Shown: positions 1 to 10,457, numbered from the stretch's first letter. The stretch is 63,296 bases of DNA from Synechococcales cyanobacterium VAR_4_metabat_354 (GCA_031414775.1 JANOQI010000023.1:1-63296), one strand, 5' to 3'. Notes: a model not told the origin generated them from the sequence alone. A program made the numbers and translations.

Positions 1-1107
1 ACCATCTACAACAAGCTCATCGCCGACTTCACCCCCAATACGCCCAAATATGTCTTCAAGGGCATCTCAGAATTCGCGATCGATTTTCCCGAAATCATTA
101 CTGGCGATAACTACGAAAAATCTGCTTCCACCCTCCCAGGCTTATTTAAGTGCAAAATTAATATCTTCAACATCTCGAAAATTAACTCCGAAGTCCGAGG
201 CGGTAAAAGTCCCCGCATCAAACGTCTATCCGAATACATTGGCGAAAGCTACTTCGACTACCTCGCCGGACTGGACGATCTCGTGATTCTCATGGACGAA
301 TCCCACCGCTACCGCGCCTCTGCGGGCATCCGCGCTATTAATGAACTCAAGCCCGTCCTCGGACTAGAACTCACCGCCACGCCCTTTGTAGAGACTAGTA
401 AAGCCGCAATTCCGTTCAAGAATGTCATCTTCGACTATCCCCTCGGCAAAGCGATGATCGATGGTTTCGTCAAAGAACCCGCCGTCGTTACCCGCCAAGA
501 CTTCAACCCCGCCGGAATGTCCACGGAAGACATCGAGCAAATCAAGCTCGAAGATGGTGTCAGGCTGCACGAAAGTCTCAAAGTCGAGCTAGAAACTTAC
601 GCTCGTAGTAATAGTGTGGCGATCGTCAAACCCTTCATCTTAGTTATCGCCCGCGACACGACTCACGCCGCCCAACTAGTCGCCCTAATGGAGTCTGACA
701 GCTTCTTTGACGGACGTTACCGCGACAAAATCCTCCAAGTAGATTCCAGCAGCACCGGAGCCAAAGAAGACGAAATGGTCGAACGGCTGCTCAAAGTCGA
801 AAGCACCGCCGAACCCACCGAAATCGTCGTTCACGTCAATATGCTCAAAGAAGGTTGGGATGTTACCAACCTCTACACGATTATTCCCCTCCGCGCCGCC
901 AATGCCCGAATCTTAATCGAACAATCGATCGGACGGGGTTTACGCCTTCCCTATGGTAAACGCACGGGTAACACCGCAGTCGATCGACTCAAATCTTTCT
1001 TAGCTGCGGTGTCTGTAGAAGTAATTAGTAGTTCCCGACTCACTAAATCGCCTAGTAGCATGTTATCTAGGCGCAAGCGTTCGACTGGTGACATTAGTCC
1101 AATTTGA
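1..1107 (+). pseudogene. Type III restriction-modification Res subunit (SF2 helicase), runs in from the window edge, C-terminally truncated
   Basis: Frame 1 is open from base 1 (TIYNKLIADFTPNTPKYVFKG...). Motifs: II MDESH, III LTATP, V MLKEGWD, VI EQSIGRGLRLPYG. Resemblance to Res stops at AVDRL (~990); the remainder is the antisense of another ORF, so the nuclease domain is missing. Confidence 0.8.
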
Positions 1108-1136
1108 CTATAGACTTCCTGGGCGGTGGTGAGCAT
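951..1136 (-). pseudogene. Small cyanobacterial hypothetical protein (possible antitoxin), 3' end fused to the res remnant
   Basis: MLTTAQEVYSQI...SPVERLRL..LL.DLV resembles small cyanobacterial proteins I recall preceding toxin genes (unverified). The last codons read through antisense res sequence. Confidence 0.4.
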
Positions 1137-1499
1137 TTTTAAACCTCACAGCGATTTCTTACATTTTAATCTCATACTCGATGCTGCAAGTTTGTGCTGA
1201 GAGAATATCACCTGGAACGACAGAATACTGGTTTCAGCCGTTAGCATTAGGAAAGTCAATGACGAAAAATAATGGTTTCAGGCTCCAAATTTGAAAAACT
1301 TAAAAATCGAGTTGTTGCATTTCCATCTCGGATAAAATGAATTTGGGCATCTGAAAAACTTTGTGTGTAAAGATTATTGCTTGTACATCACTCAACCCCG
1401 AATCGCTACATCATTTGATTCAGATGTACTCAGTAATAATTGTAACTCTGCTTCTTTTTCTGGATATAGTAATGGTAGCCCAGAATAAAATAATCTTTT

Positions 1500-2663
1500 T
1501 CATCCAATAAAACGCACCCATTCTAACCTTGATGAAATTGGTGTGAACCAATGGCAATACATTTCTATATCATCATTATTTTCCAACAGAAGGCTAAATT
1601 TACTTCTTTTAAGTAATTCTTGAGCTTTATTGTACATCAATGATGGTCTTAAATCTATTTTTGGTGCAACCTCGTAAAGCATCATGCTGTTTGTTCTATT
1701 AATTAACTTTTCACCTTTGAAAATATTTCTGAGTTCCTCATCACTATTTTTATTATATGCGATATTAATTGTCCACCCATCAACTGAAGGGTGTAATCTA
1801 TCTGTCCACACAATAGCACTGATAGCCGGATTATTTTTAAAGTAATCACTTATTAGTGATGTTTTTAAAATTTTCTGACTTATTCCCATATCAACAAATG
1901 GGACTATTACTAATGGAATAGAAGATTTCCTGTATTTATTTACTTTTTCTGATACTTTTCTGAAAAATCTTTCCTCATCTATTCGGTAGGGTGTATCACA
2001 AAAAATCAAAGGGAGTAAGTGTGAGCGGCCTATATTTAAGTGCTTGATTTGATAATTAAAATCTATATTTCTGTCTTCATAGATAAAATCTCTTATTAAA
2101 TCGTTTTTTGTTAGAACTGATTCAATTTTTTTAGCTATCTTTTTAATTTTAGATGCGTCAAGGCTTCTTGGGTCAACATCAATTCTTATTACCGCGTCAA
2201 AAACTATTTTCTTGAGTCTTTCCTCGAGAAGACTTACTTGACGATCCATCTTTTGTATTTCTTCATTAGAGCGGGAGTCAGTAGTAAATACCTCTACGAT
2301 AAATTTAGGGTTTTCGTTATTTTCGCTAACATACCAATCTGGTGTTTTAGGAGATCTATTTTCGAATAGTATTTGATGCTCGTATTCAATTTCGTATCCA
2401 TTATTTCTGAGTAAATATCCTATAGCTAATTCGTTATAAGTGTGAGTTTGTTGGTTTTCTTTTTGTTGATTTATTAAGAGTTCATATATTTTCTCACGAT
2501 CTTTTGAAGAATTTAAAGAATCGAGCATTCTTAACAAATCGTCTTTTTGTGGCTTGAAAACATGATTATTATTTATTTCCTCCACCCAAAATCTTTTACT
2601 AGTGCTTAAATTTCCTTCTCTACTAACAGATGCGGGAGGAATTCCATGAAGGGACTTTTTCAT
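1500..2663 (-). CDS. AT-rich hypothetical protein, putative PD-(D/E)xK restriction-endonuclease-like fold
   Basis: 387-aa ORF, visibly AT-rich. The pattern ELAIGYLL..GYEIEYE..KTPDWYV..FIVEVFT fits a helix-E / PD / E-x-x core. Confidence 0.5.
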   Translation of the reverse strand: MKKSLHGIPPASVSREGNLSTSKRFWVEEINNNHVFKPQKDDLLRMLDSLNSSKDREKIYELLINQQKENQQTHTYNELAIGYLLRNNGYEIEYEHQILFENRSPKTPDWYVSENNENPKFIVEVFTTDSRSNEEIQKMDRQVSLLEERLKKIVFDAVIRIDVDPRSLDASKIKKIAKKIESVLTKNDLIRDFIYEDRNIDFNYQIKHLNIGRSHLLPLIFCDTPYRIDEERFFRKVSEKVNKYRKSSIPLVIVPFVDMGISQKILKTSLISDYFKNNPAISAIVWTDRLHPSVDGWTINIAYNKNSDEELRNIFKGEKLINRTNSMMLYEVAPKIDLRPSLMYNKAQELLKRSKFSLLLENNDDIEMYCHWFTPISSRLEWVRFIG

Positions 2664-2708
2664 TGAGTTGGATAGCTTGATTAACTAGTATTGTAGGTTA
2701 AATTCAAA

Positions 2709-3935
2709 TCAAGTGCAACTATTAGCTAATGCCTGACCAGCAATCCAGCCCGTAGTCCAGGCATTTTGAAAATTAAAACCACCAGTCACCCCATCCACAT
2801 CAATAATTTCCCCCGCAAAATACAAGCCGGAGCAAACCTTGCTAGACATTGTTTTAAAGTCAATCTCCGCCAGTTTTATCCCGCCACAGGTCACAAATTC
2901 TTCTTTAAAAACTCCTTTGCCGGTGATCCTAAATTCACCGCGTTGGAGTTCTTGCAGCAGTCGATCGATCTTTTTATTAGACAGTCCTGCCCATCTATCA
3001 CCGGCCAAAATTTCACAGTGGTCCAGCAATGATGCCCATAGTCTTTGGGGGATAGGTACTGGGCAACTATTATGAATGTTTTTTTGGGGTAGCTGCGATT
3101 TAACGGCCAAAATCATTTCCCGCAACTTGGGTGCCGAAAATTCGGGGAGCCAGTTGATTTGTAGTTGTGTCTGATAACGACATTCATGCAGAAATCTGGC
3201 TGCCCAAGCGGATAGCTTGAGAATAGCTGGCCCACTCAATCCCCAGTGGGTAATTAGCACTGGACCGGTATGGGTAAGCTTTTTATCTTTATTTAGGCTG
3301 ACCGTTGCTGTTTTGACGGCGACTCCCGACAGATCGGTGAGGCGGGGATCTTTAATATTAAAAGTAAACAGCGAGGGCGTAAGTGGTTCAATCGAATGCC
3401 CCAATTCTTTTGCCCAGCGATGACCAGTCGGATTACTCCCAGTTGCTAGCAGCAATTTATCCACTACTAATTCCTGACCATGTTTGGTAGCAATACTAAA
3501 CCCAGTAGTGGTTTTGGTGACATTGGTGATGGCAGTGCCATGCCACAACCTTACTCCAGCGTTTTCCGCCGCGTCCATCAAACAGCTCACAATAGTAGCC
3601 GAGCTATCGGAAATCGGAAACATCCGGCCATCAGCTTCAGTTTTGAGCGTGACACCGCGTGCTTGGAACCAATCGATCGTATCTTGGGGCTGAAAGCGGC
3701 TAAAGGCTCCCCGCAGTGACTTGCCACCCCGAGGATAGAACTGCACTAGTTGGGCTGCATCGAAGCAAGCATGGGTGACATTACACCGACCGCCACCGGA
3801 GATGCGGACTTTGCCTAAGGGTTGGGGGCTGGCTTCAATTAGGGTGACTTGACAGCGGGGATTCGCTTGGGCACAGGTAATAGCAGCAAAGAATCCGGCG
3901 GCACCGCCGCCTATAATCGCGATTTTTTCAGACAT
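2709..3935 (-). CDS. HI0933/YhiN (BaiN-like) family flavoprotein, NAD(P)/FAD-dependent oxidoreductase
   Basis: IIGGGAAG, GKVRISGGGRCNVT, VTCGGI, GLYFAGEIIDVDGVTGGFNFQNAWTTG. Confidence 0.9.
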   Translation of the reverse strand: MSEKIAIIGGGAAGFFAAITCAQANPRCQVTLIEASPQPLGKVRISGGGRCNVTHACFDAAQLVQFYPRGGKSLRGAFSRFQPQDTIDWFQARGVTLKTEADGRMFPISDSSATIVSCLMDAAENAGVRLWHGTAITNVTKTTTGFSIATKHGQELVVDKLLLATGSNPTGHRWAKELGHSIEPLTPSLFTFNIKDPRLTDLSGVAVKTATVSLNKDKKLTHTGPVLITHWGLSGPAILKLSAWAARFLHECRYQTQLQINWLPEFSAPKLREMILAVKSQLPQKNIHNSCPVPIPQRLWASLLDHCEILAGDRWAGLSNKKIDRLLQELQRGEFRITGKGVFKEEFVTCGGIKLAEIDFKTMSSKVCSGLYFAGEIIDVDGVTGGFNFQNAWTTGWIAGQALANSCT

Positions 3936-3937
3936 AC

Positions 3938-5341
3938 CTAACTATCGATCGCCTCGCCACCTACTACCACATCCCGAATCCGTAGACTAGGACCGCCACA
4001 ACCTACGGCTAAGCCGTTCTGTCCACCCTTCCCACAACCACCAGATTCATCCCAATAGAAGTCGTCACCAATACCTTCAATGTCGGCAAGAGTTTTGAAA
4101 ACATTCCCAGACAAGGTGACATCACGGACTGGTTCAGCAATTTGACCATCCCGAATCATCCAGGCTTCCCCGGCACTGAAGGTGAACATTTCGCCGTTGG
4201 TCATGCCGCCCAGCCAATTCTTAGCATAGACTCCAGTACTAATGCCAGCAAACAATCGATCGACTGGAGTTTTGCCCCGCTCAATCCAGGTATTCGTCAT
4301 CCGCACGATCGGTGGGTAGTGATAATTTAAGCAGCGGGCATTGCCGGTAGGTTGCTCGTCCAGTTTGCCCGCCGTTTCACGGGAATGCAGTCGTCCGACT
4401 AAGACCCCATCCTGAATCAGTTGGGTAGTGGTGGCTGGTGTTCCTTCATCGTCATAAAGATAACTACCGCGATGACCGGCTGGAACGGCGCCATCAAAAA
4501 TTTGCAGTTCTTCACAGCCAAAGCGCTTGCCCATGGTCATGACTTCTAGTAGATCGGGATTTTCATAAGCCATATCGGCTTCAGATAAGTGGCCAAAGGC
4601 TTCGTGGACAAATAGTCCGGTTAAAATAGGGTCGATCACTACAGTATAAGCACCACCATTCACTGGCGGTAAAGAAAGAGCATCAACTGCGCGTTGCGCG
4701 GCACTACGTAGCGATGCATCTAAATTCAAAATGTCTTCGTATGCTTTGCGCGAACCAACGGTTTCTCGACCAGTTTGCACGGTTTCACCGTCCCGGGCGG
4801 TAGCCGCAAAGCGGGTTTCTAGGTCAATCCATTCTTGCTCAATTAAGGTGCCTTCGGAAGTGGCTAGCCAACAACGTTGGGCACTGTCGCTATAAGTTAC
4901 GGAGGTGGTAATGATCCGGGGATCGACTTGGCGGAGGATTTCGCTGTACCGATGGCACAAGTCTTTTTTTTCGAGCAATGAGATGTGGCGAGGGTCGGTG
5001 CCGGTGAGGGGCAAAATGAAACTGTCTTGGATGGGATCGATCGGAGCCAAAATTGTTTCATCATCGCCAACAATTCGAGCGGCGGCGATCGCTTCTTCAA
5101 TCCGATCAGCCAAAGTGCTGAGATGGTTGAAGCTGGCAAAACCCCAGCCGCCTTTATGACAAGCGCGAACTTGACCACCGATCGAGATACCTTCGCTGAG
5201 GGTTTCGACTTTGTTGCCCCGGAGCAAGATGTCTACGCCTTCGGCTTCTTCGAGGCGGATGGCTAGGTAATCGACCTGATGTCGATAGCGGTTAATCAGG
5301 TCGGTTAACAGATTTTTAGCGTCATTACGCAGATTAATCAT
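3938..5341 (-). CDS. tldD: TldD/PmbA family metalloprotease (TldD-type)
   Basis: HEAFGHLSEAD, DDEGTP, RMTNTWIE, C-terminal GCGKGGQ..VGCGGP. Confidence 0.88.
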   Translation of the reverse strand: MINLRNDAKNLLTDLINRYRHQVDYLAIRLEEAEGVDILLRGNKVETLSEGISIGGQVRACHKGGWGFASFNHLSTLADRIEEAIAAARIVGDDETILAPIDPIQDSFILPLTGTDPRHISLLEKKDLCHRYSEILRQVDPRIITTSVTYSDSAQRCWLATSEGTLIEQEWIDLETRFAATARDGETVQTGRETVGSRKAYEDILNLDASLRSAAQRAVDALSLPPVNGGAYTVVIDPILTGLFVHEAFGHLSEADMAYENPDLLEVMTMGKRFGCEELQIFDGAVPAGHRGSYLYDDEGTPATTTQLIQDGVLVGRLHSRETAGKLDEQPTGNARCLNYHYPPIVRMTNTWIERGKTPVDRLFAGISTGVYAKNWLGGMTNGEMFTFSAGEAWMIRDGQIAEPVRDVTLSGNVFKTLADIEGIGDDFYWDESGGCGKGGQNGLAVGCGGPSLRIRDVVVGGEAIDS

Positions 5342-5573
5342 AAGGCGGGGTCGCAGGTTACTATTAAGTATTATCGCTCTGAATCGACATTATCAAGAAA
5401 ACTGAGAATATAGTAGAGAACAACACCTGTAGTATTTTCGTGTTGGTTCCCTCGATACCTAGAGTATATTGAATCGGTAGGAGCGATGTTGCCTACCAGA
5501 GCTAAATATATGGAAATATATCCTAGCTCCACGATATCTATATTAGTTTGCAATACCTAAGGCCATCAATCCT

Positions 5574-6881
5574 ATGAGTCAAACCTATCTAGCTTGGACT
5601 TCCCAGGAACGATCTAATCGAATCTTGGAAATTAAGGATATTTTAAATGAAGAGGTCGCGCCAGATCGAACAGTTTTACTATCGCTGGAATTAGGAAATA
5701 TTCTGTTTGCGGATGGACGCTACGAAAGTGCAATCAAGTCATATGATCGGGCATTAGTAATTGCACCTGAACACCATCAAGCTTGGAATACTCGTGGTTA
5801 TGCTCTGAGTCAAATAGGCCGTAATCAGGAAGCGATCGAGTCCTATGAGCGCACGGTGGCAATTGAACCAAACAATTATGAAGCTTGGAACAATCGCGGT
5901 ATTGCTCTGCGTCAATTAGGCCGTAATGAGGAAGCAATCAAGTCATATGATCGAGTGTTAGCGATTAACCCTGAATATCATCAAGCTTGGTATAATCGCG
6001 CTACTGCTCTGGGACAATTAGATCGGATGGAAGAAGCGGTCGAGTCTTATGATCGATCGTTAGCAATTAATCCTGAATACCATCAGACTTGGTATAATCG
6101 TGGTATTGATTTGAGTCAACTAGGTTGCTATGAGGAAGCAGTTTTATCATATGATCGGGCGTTAGCCGTCAACTCCGATAATGATGAAACTTGGAATAAT
6201 CGTGGTATTGCTCTGCGTCAATTAGGTCGCATTGTCGAAGCGATCGCATCATATGATCGGGCGTTAGCCGTCAACTCCGATAATGATGAAACTTGGAATA
6301 ATCGTGGTGTTGCTCTAAGTCAATCAGGTCGTTTGGCAGAAGCAATCGCATCGTATGATCAAGCGTTAGCAATTCAATCTGAATACTATCAGGCTTGGTA
6401 CAATCGTGGTATTGATTTAAGTCAACTAGGCCGTACTGAAGAAGCGATCGCATCATATGATCGAGCATTAGAAATTAACCCCACATACCATCAGGCTTGG
6501 AATAATCGTGGTTATGCCCTGCATCAACTGGGTCGCACCGCAGAAGTAATCGCATCATACGATCGAGCATTAGAAATTAACCCCAAATGCCATGATGCTT
6601 GGTGTGGTCGGGGGATGGCATTGAGTCAACTAGGTTTGGTAGAGGAAGCGATCGAATCCTATGATCGAGCATTAGTAATTCAGCCTGAATACCATGCCGT
6701 AATGTATAACAAAGCTTGTTGCTATGCTTTGCAAAAGCAAGTAGCTCTAACCTTGCAATCTTTACAGCAAGCAATCCGCCTCAGCCCCGATGAATATAAA
6801 GAAATGGCTAAGACCGACTTAGATTTCGATGACATCCGTGATGATCCTAAATTCATAGCATTCATGCAAGAAATAAATTGA
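5574..6881 (+). CDS. Tetratricopeptide repeat protein
   Basis: About 10 tandem 34-aa units (W.NRG..L.QLG..EEAI.SYDRAL) and a C-terminal YNKACCYA...DFDDIR cap. Confidence 0.92.
   Translation: MSQTYLAWTSQERSNRILEIKDILNEEVAPDRTVLLSLELGNILFADGRYESAIKSYDRALVIAPEHHQAWNTRGYALSQIGRNQEAIESYERTVAIEPNNYEAWNNRGIALRQLGRNEEAIKSYDRVLAINPEYHQAWYNRATALGQLDRMEEAVESYDRSLAINPEYHQTWYNRGIDLSQLGCYEEAVLSYDRALAVNSDNDETWNNRGIALRQLGRIVEAIASYDRALAVNSDNDETWNNRGVALSQSGRLAEAIASYDQALAIQSEYYQAWYNRGIDLSQLGRTEEAIASYDRALEINPTYHQAWNNRGYALHQLGRTAEVIASYDRALEINPKCHDAWCGRGMALSQLGLVEEAIESYDRALVIQPEYHAVMYNKACCYALQKQVALTLQSLQQAIRLSPDEYKEMAKTDLDFDDIRDDPKFIAFMQEIN
6146..6308 (+). repeat. Identical 61-bp direct repeat, 102 bp apart, within the TPR gene
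   Basis: atcatatgatcgggcgttagccgtcaactccgataatgatgaaacttggaataatcgtggt at 6146-6206 and 6248-6308. Confidence 0.9.
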
Positions 6882-6947
6882 AAACACCGTACTAGCTGTC
6901 TCTAATCTGGCCTTAGTTATTTGTCGATCCTTTGTTATTCGTGAGTT

Positions 6948-8456
6948 TTAGCTCAAAAATAACTTATACCCCGGATTATCAGTCTCATCCCAGTAGACAT
7001 AGCCTAGCTGATCTAAAAATTCTTGCCAAGCCGCTCGATCGATCTCCGGTACCTGAATCCCAATTAAGATCCGTCCATAATCTGCACCGTGATTCCGATA
7101 ATGAAAAAGACTAATATTCCAATCGGGATGCATACTATTCAAGAAATCGGTCAAAACCCCTGGCCGTTCCGGAAAATCGAACCGGTAGAGCAACTCATCG
7201 TTAGCCACGGTAGAGCGACCGCCGACCATATGGCGCAAATGTAGCTTGGCCATCTCATCACCGGTCAGATCCAACGTTTCAAAGCCTTCTGTCCTTAAAT
7301 TGGCAATAATTTCTTTGGTGTCGGCATGGTTTTGCACCTGTACCCCTACAAAAATGTGGGCAGCTTGCTCATTGGCCATCCGATAGTTGAATTCTGTCAG
7401 GCTCCGTTTACCCACCGCTGAGCAGAACCGCCGAAAGCTACCCCGCTCTTCGGGAATTGTAACTGCTAAAATCGCCTCTCGTTGTTCTCCTACTTCAGCG
7501 CGCTCGGCCACAAATCGCAGCCGATTGAAGTTCATATTGGCACCACAGGCGATCGCTACCAAGGTCTGATCTTGAATCTGTTCCCGTTCCACATAAGCTT
7601 TAGCTCCGGCCACGGCTAAGGCTCCGGCTGGTTCTAAGATCGATCGGGTGTCTTCAAACACATCTTTAATCGCCGCACAAATGTCATCAGTGCTCACCAA
7701 AATCACTTCATCTACGTACTGCTGACAGAGCCGAAATGTTTCCACGCCTACCTCTTTAACAGCCACCCCATCGGCAAAGAGGCCGACCTGACTCAGCTTC
7801 ACCCGCTCCCCAGCTTTAAGCGATTGACTCATCGCGTCAGCATCCACTGGCTCTACCCCAATGATCTTGATTTCCGGGTAAAGCCGCTTGACGTAGGCGG
7901 CAATCCCAGCGATCAAACCACCGCCACCAATCGCCACAAAAATCGCATGAATTGGCTGTTGATGCTGGCGCAAAATTTCCATGCCGACCGTCCCCTGACC
8001 AGCAATTACATCGGGGTCATCAAAGGGATGTACATAAGTTAAGCCCCGTTCGACTTCTAATTTGCGGGCATGGGCATAAGCATCATCGTAGGTGTTGCCA
8101 TATAGAACCACCTCGCCGTCACGAGCCCGCACCGCATCGATTTTAATTTGGGGTGTAATGGTTGGCATCACAATTACGGCTCTGGTGCCCAATCGTTTGG
8201 CTCCTAATGCTACACCTTGGGCGTGATTCCCCGCCGAAGCAGTCACCACCCCTTTTTTTAATAACTCTGGTGAGAGCTTAGCCATCTTGTTATAAGCACC
8301 GCGTAGCTTAAAGGAAAACACGGACTGCATATCTTCCCGCTTCAGCAGTAATCGATTGTGCAGGCGGCGAGACAAGTTGGGAGCAAGTTCCAAGGGGGTT
8401 TCTTGCGCCACGTCATAAACCCGAGCAGTGAGAATTCTGGCAAGATAGTCATTCAT
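6948..8456 (-). CDS. ilvA: Threonine ammonia-lyase, biosynthetic
   Basis: FSFKLRGAYNK (PLP lysine), SAGNHAQGVA, two C-terminal regulatory domains (IPEERGSF, FPERPG). Confidence 0.96.
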   Translation of the reverse strand: MNDYLARILTARVYDVAQETPLELAPNLSRRLHNRLLLKREDMQSVFSFKLRGAYNKMAKLSPELLKKGVVTASAGNHAQGVALGAKRLGTRAVIVMPTITPQIKIDAVRARDGEVVLYGNTYDDAYAHARKLEVERGLTYVHPFDDPDVIAGQGTVGMEILRQHQQPIHAIFVAIGGGGLIAGIAAYVKRLYPEIKIIGVEPVDADAMSQSLKAGERVKLSQVGLFADGVAVKEVGVETFRLCQQYVDEVILVSTDDICAAIKDVFEDTRSILEPAGALAVAGAKAYVEREQIQDQTLVAIACGANMNFNRLRFVAERAEVGEQREAILAVTIPEERGSFRRFCSAVGKRSLTEFNYRMANEQAAHIFVGVQVQNHADTKEIIANLRTEGFETLDLTGDEMAKLHLRHMVGGRSTVANDELLYRFDFPERPGVLTDFLNSMHPDWNISLFHYRNHGADYGRILIGIQVPEIDRAAWQEFLDQLGYVYWDETDNPGYKLFLS

Positions 8457-8675
8457 GGCAAGGTTAATGGGTGGCGAAAGTCCTATTATCGCCTCAGTAT
8501 CGATCGATTACCGAGGATCATAAATTTTACAGTCCCTGTCTCAGGTCTCGATCGGTGCTCTTGTTCACGAAGGCGACCAGCGAATAACGATTTTCTGACA
8601 TAAGAATTTTGGTAAGTTATGATGGGTATTTTAGAGACATCTTACTTTTATCAATCAACATCAGATCCTAAAATT

Positions 8676-9827
8676 ATGCGCGAAGAGTTTTTGGTTTTCG
8701 GTTCGCCACAGATAGAACAAGCCGAAATAGATGAAGTTGTGGATTCTTTAAAATCCTGTTGGCTCGGAACTGGACCTAAAACAAAGAGATTTGAAGAAGA
8801 TTTTGCCGCCTATAAGAATATCTCTCATGCTACAGCTTTGAATTCTTGTACGGCTGGGTTACATCTTGCTTGTGTGGCCCTAGGGTTTCAACCTGGGGAT
8901 GAAGTGATCACCACCCCAATGACTTTTTGCGCCACCGTGAACACAATTATTCACAGTGGTGCGACACCAGTTTTAGTAGATATCAATCCACAGACTTTCA
9001 ATATCGATCCAATTGAAATCGAGAAAAAAATCACGCCGAAAACTCGTGCCATTATTCCGGTACATTTTGCCGGACGAGCCTGTGATATGAATGCAATTAT
9101 GGCGATCGCTAACCGACATAACTTAGTTGTCATCGAAGACTGCGCTCATGCTATCGAAACTGAGTATCAAGGACGTAAGGCTGGAACTTTTGGAAATATT
9201 GGTGTCTTTAGCTTTTATGCCACCAAAAACGTCGTCACTGGTGAAGGCGGTATGGTAGTTTCTGCGGATGCTGAACTAATAGACCAGATTAAAATATTGG
9301 GTCTTCACGGTATGAGCCGCCATGCTTGGCAGCGTTTTTCTAGTGCTGGCTATCAGCATTATTATGTTGAGGAAGCGGGATTTAAATACAACATGATGGA
9401 CATCCAAGCGGCGATCGGTATTCATCAATTAAAAAGAGTAGAAAAAAATTGGCTCCGTCGCCAGGAAATATGGCAGCGTTATAATGAGGCACTTGTCACT
9501 TTACCGATTCAGTTGCCGGCAGATCCAGAACCAAATACTCGCCATGCCTATCATTTGTACACAGTGTTAATTGATGAAGTGAAAACGGGAATCTCTCGTG
9601 ACCAACTTTTAGATGCGATGACCCGGGCTAAGATTGGGGTTGGTGTTCATTATTTAAGTATTCCCGAACATCCACATTATCAAAAGACTTTTGGCTGGCG
9701 ACCAACAGATTATCCAAATGCGATGCGGATCGGTCAGCAGACGATTAGTTTACCGCTTTCAGCTAAGTTGACAGATGAAGATGTGGAAGATGTGATCGCA
9801 GCTTTACAGGATGCCATCAAAATTTAA
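8676..9827 (+). CDS. DegT/DnrJ/EryC1/StrS family sugar aminotransferase
   Basis: NSCTAGLHLA, IEDCAHA, FSFYATKNVVTGEGGM, GFKYNM. Start taken at MREEFL (8676); an upstream ATG at 8619 is possible. Confidence 0.9.
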   Translation: MREEFLVFGSPQIEQAEIDEVVDSLKSCWLGTGPKTKRFEEDFAAYKNISHATALNSCTAGLHLACVALGFQPGDEVITTPMTFCATVNTIIHSGATPVLVDINPQTFNIDPIEIEKKITPKTRAIIPVHFAGRACDMNAIMAIANRHNLVVIEDCAHAIETEYQGRKAGTFGNIGVFSFYATKNVVTGEGGMVVSADAELIDQIKILGLHGMSRHAWQRFSSAGYQHYYVEEAGFKYNMMDIQAAIGIHQLKRVEKNWLRRQEIWQRYNEALVTLPIQLPADPEPNTRHAYHLYTVLIDEVKTGISRDQLLDAMTRAKIGVGVHYLSIPEHPHYQKTFGWRPTDYPNAMRIGQQTISLPLSAKLTDEDVEDVIAALQDAIKI

Positions 9828-9837
9828 TTAGCTCAGA

Positions 9838-10251
9838 CTATTGGATGTAAAATTCAGTCAATTCATTTTCAAAGAAAGTATTAATATCAAAGTCAATATT
9901 TTCTAGGAGGATCGCAAAATTTATTTGATCGTATTCTCCTTCAGAAAAGGTTTCAACTCGCATTAATCCTTTGTCATTAAGGTAGGCTTTCATGAATAAG
10001 AATTCGGAATTTAGAGAGTTAATGAATTCTAGGACGCTGGTTCTTTTTGTATTTTCTTTTACGCCATAGGCTGTGTTGATTAATACACCCCGCTCTCCAA
10101 TTTTGGTTAGCCAAAGATTGGCTTTGCGGGGGTGATGGCCGAAAAGACAGCTCTCGCCTGCTTCTTCAATTTTGTATCCAGTGAATTCTAGGTGATTACG
10201 ATATTTGGCTAAACAGTGTGCAGCTGTGCCCTGAAAATTTATGTCTGGCAT
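9838..10251 (-). CDS. Hypothetical protein, possibly YbjN-like (T3SS-chaperone fold)
   Basis: 137-aa acidic protein. LEFINSLNSEFLFMKAYLNDKG resembles the YbjN N..N....K.Y pattern. Confidence 0.45.
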   Translation of the reverse strand: MPDINFQGTAAHCLAKYRNHLEFTGYKIEEAGESCLFGHHPRKANLWLTKIGERGVLINTAYGVKENTKRTSVLEFINSLNSEFLFMKAYLNDKGLMRVETFSEGEYDQINFAILLENIDFDINTFFENELTEFYIQ

Positions 10252-10457
10252 AAATTTTAAACTCTAAAGTTGGCAATGGTGGATACGATTAGTTTTCCCA
10301 AAAGGTCATGTAAACTTTCACTGGAGTAGTACGGTGCGAAATTTTGTGATCGATCGCATCCAGAATTTACATTTATGGCATTATTCACCGGAGATTAGTC
10401 CTGATTGATCGACTGAGCGCATGAAGATCTAAGTTAGAGATTTTGAGGAAATAATTT

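Noticed and set aside
3938..5341. TldD as part of a RiPP (microcin-like) cluster
   Set aside because: No precursor peptide, YcaO or transporter nearby; stand-alone tldD is common.
5700..6700. Regular ~102-bp periodic repeats as a CRISPR array or DGR template/variable repeat
   Set aside because: They are in-frame TPR coding units; there are no unique spacers, cas genes, reverse transcriptase or adenine-specific mismatch pattern.
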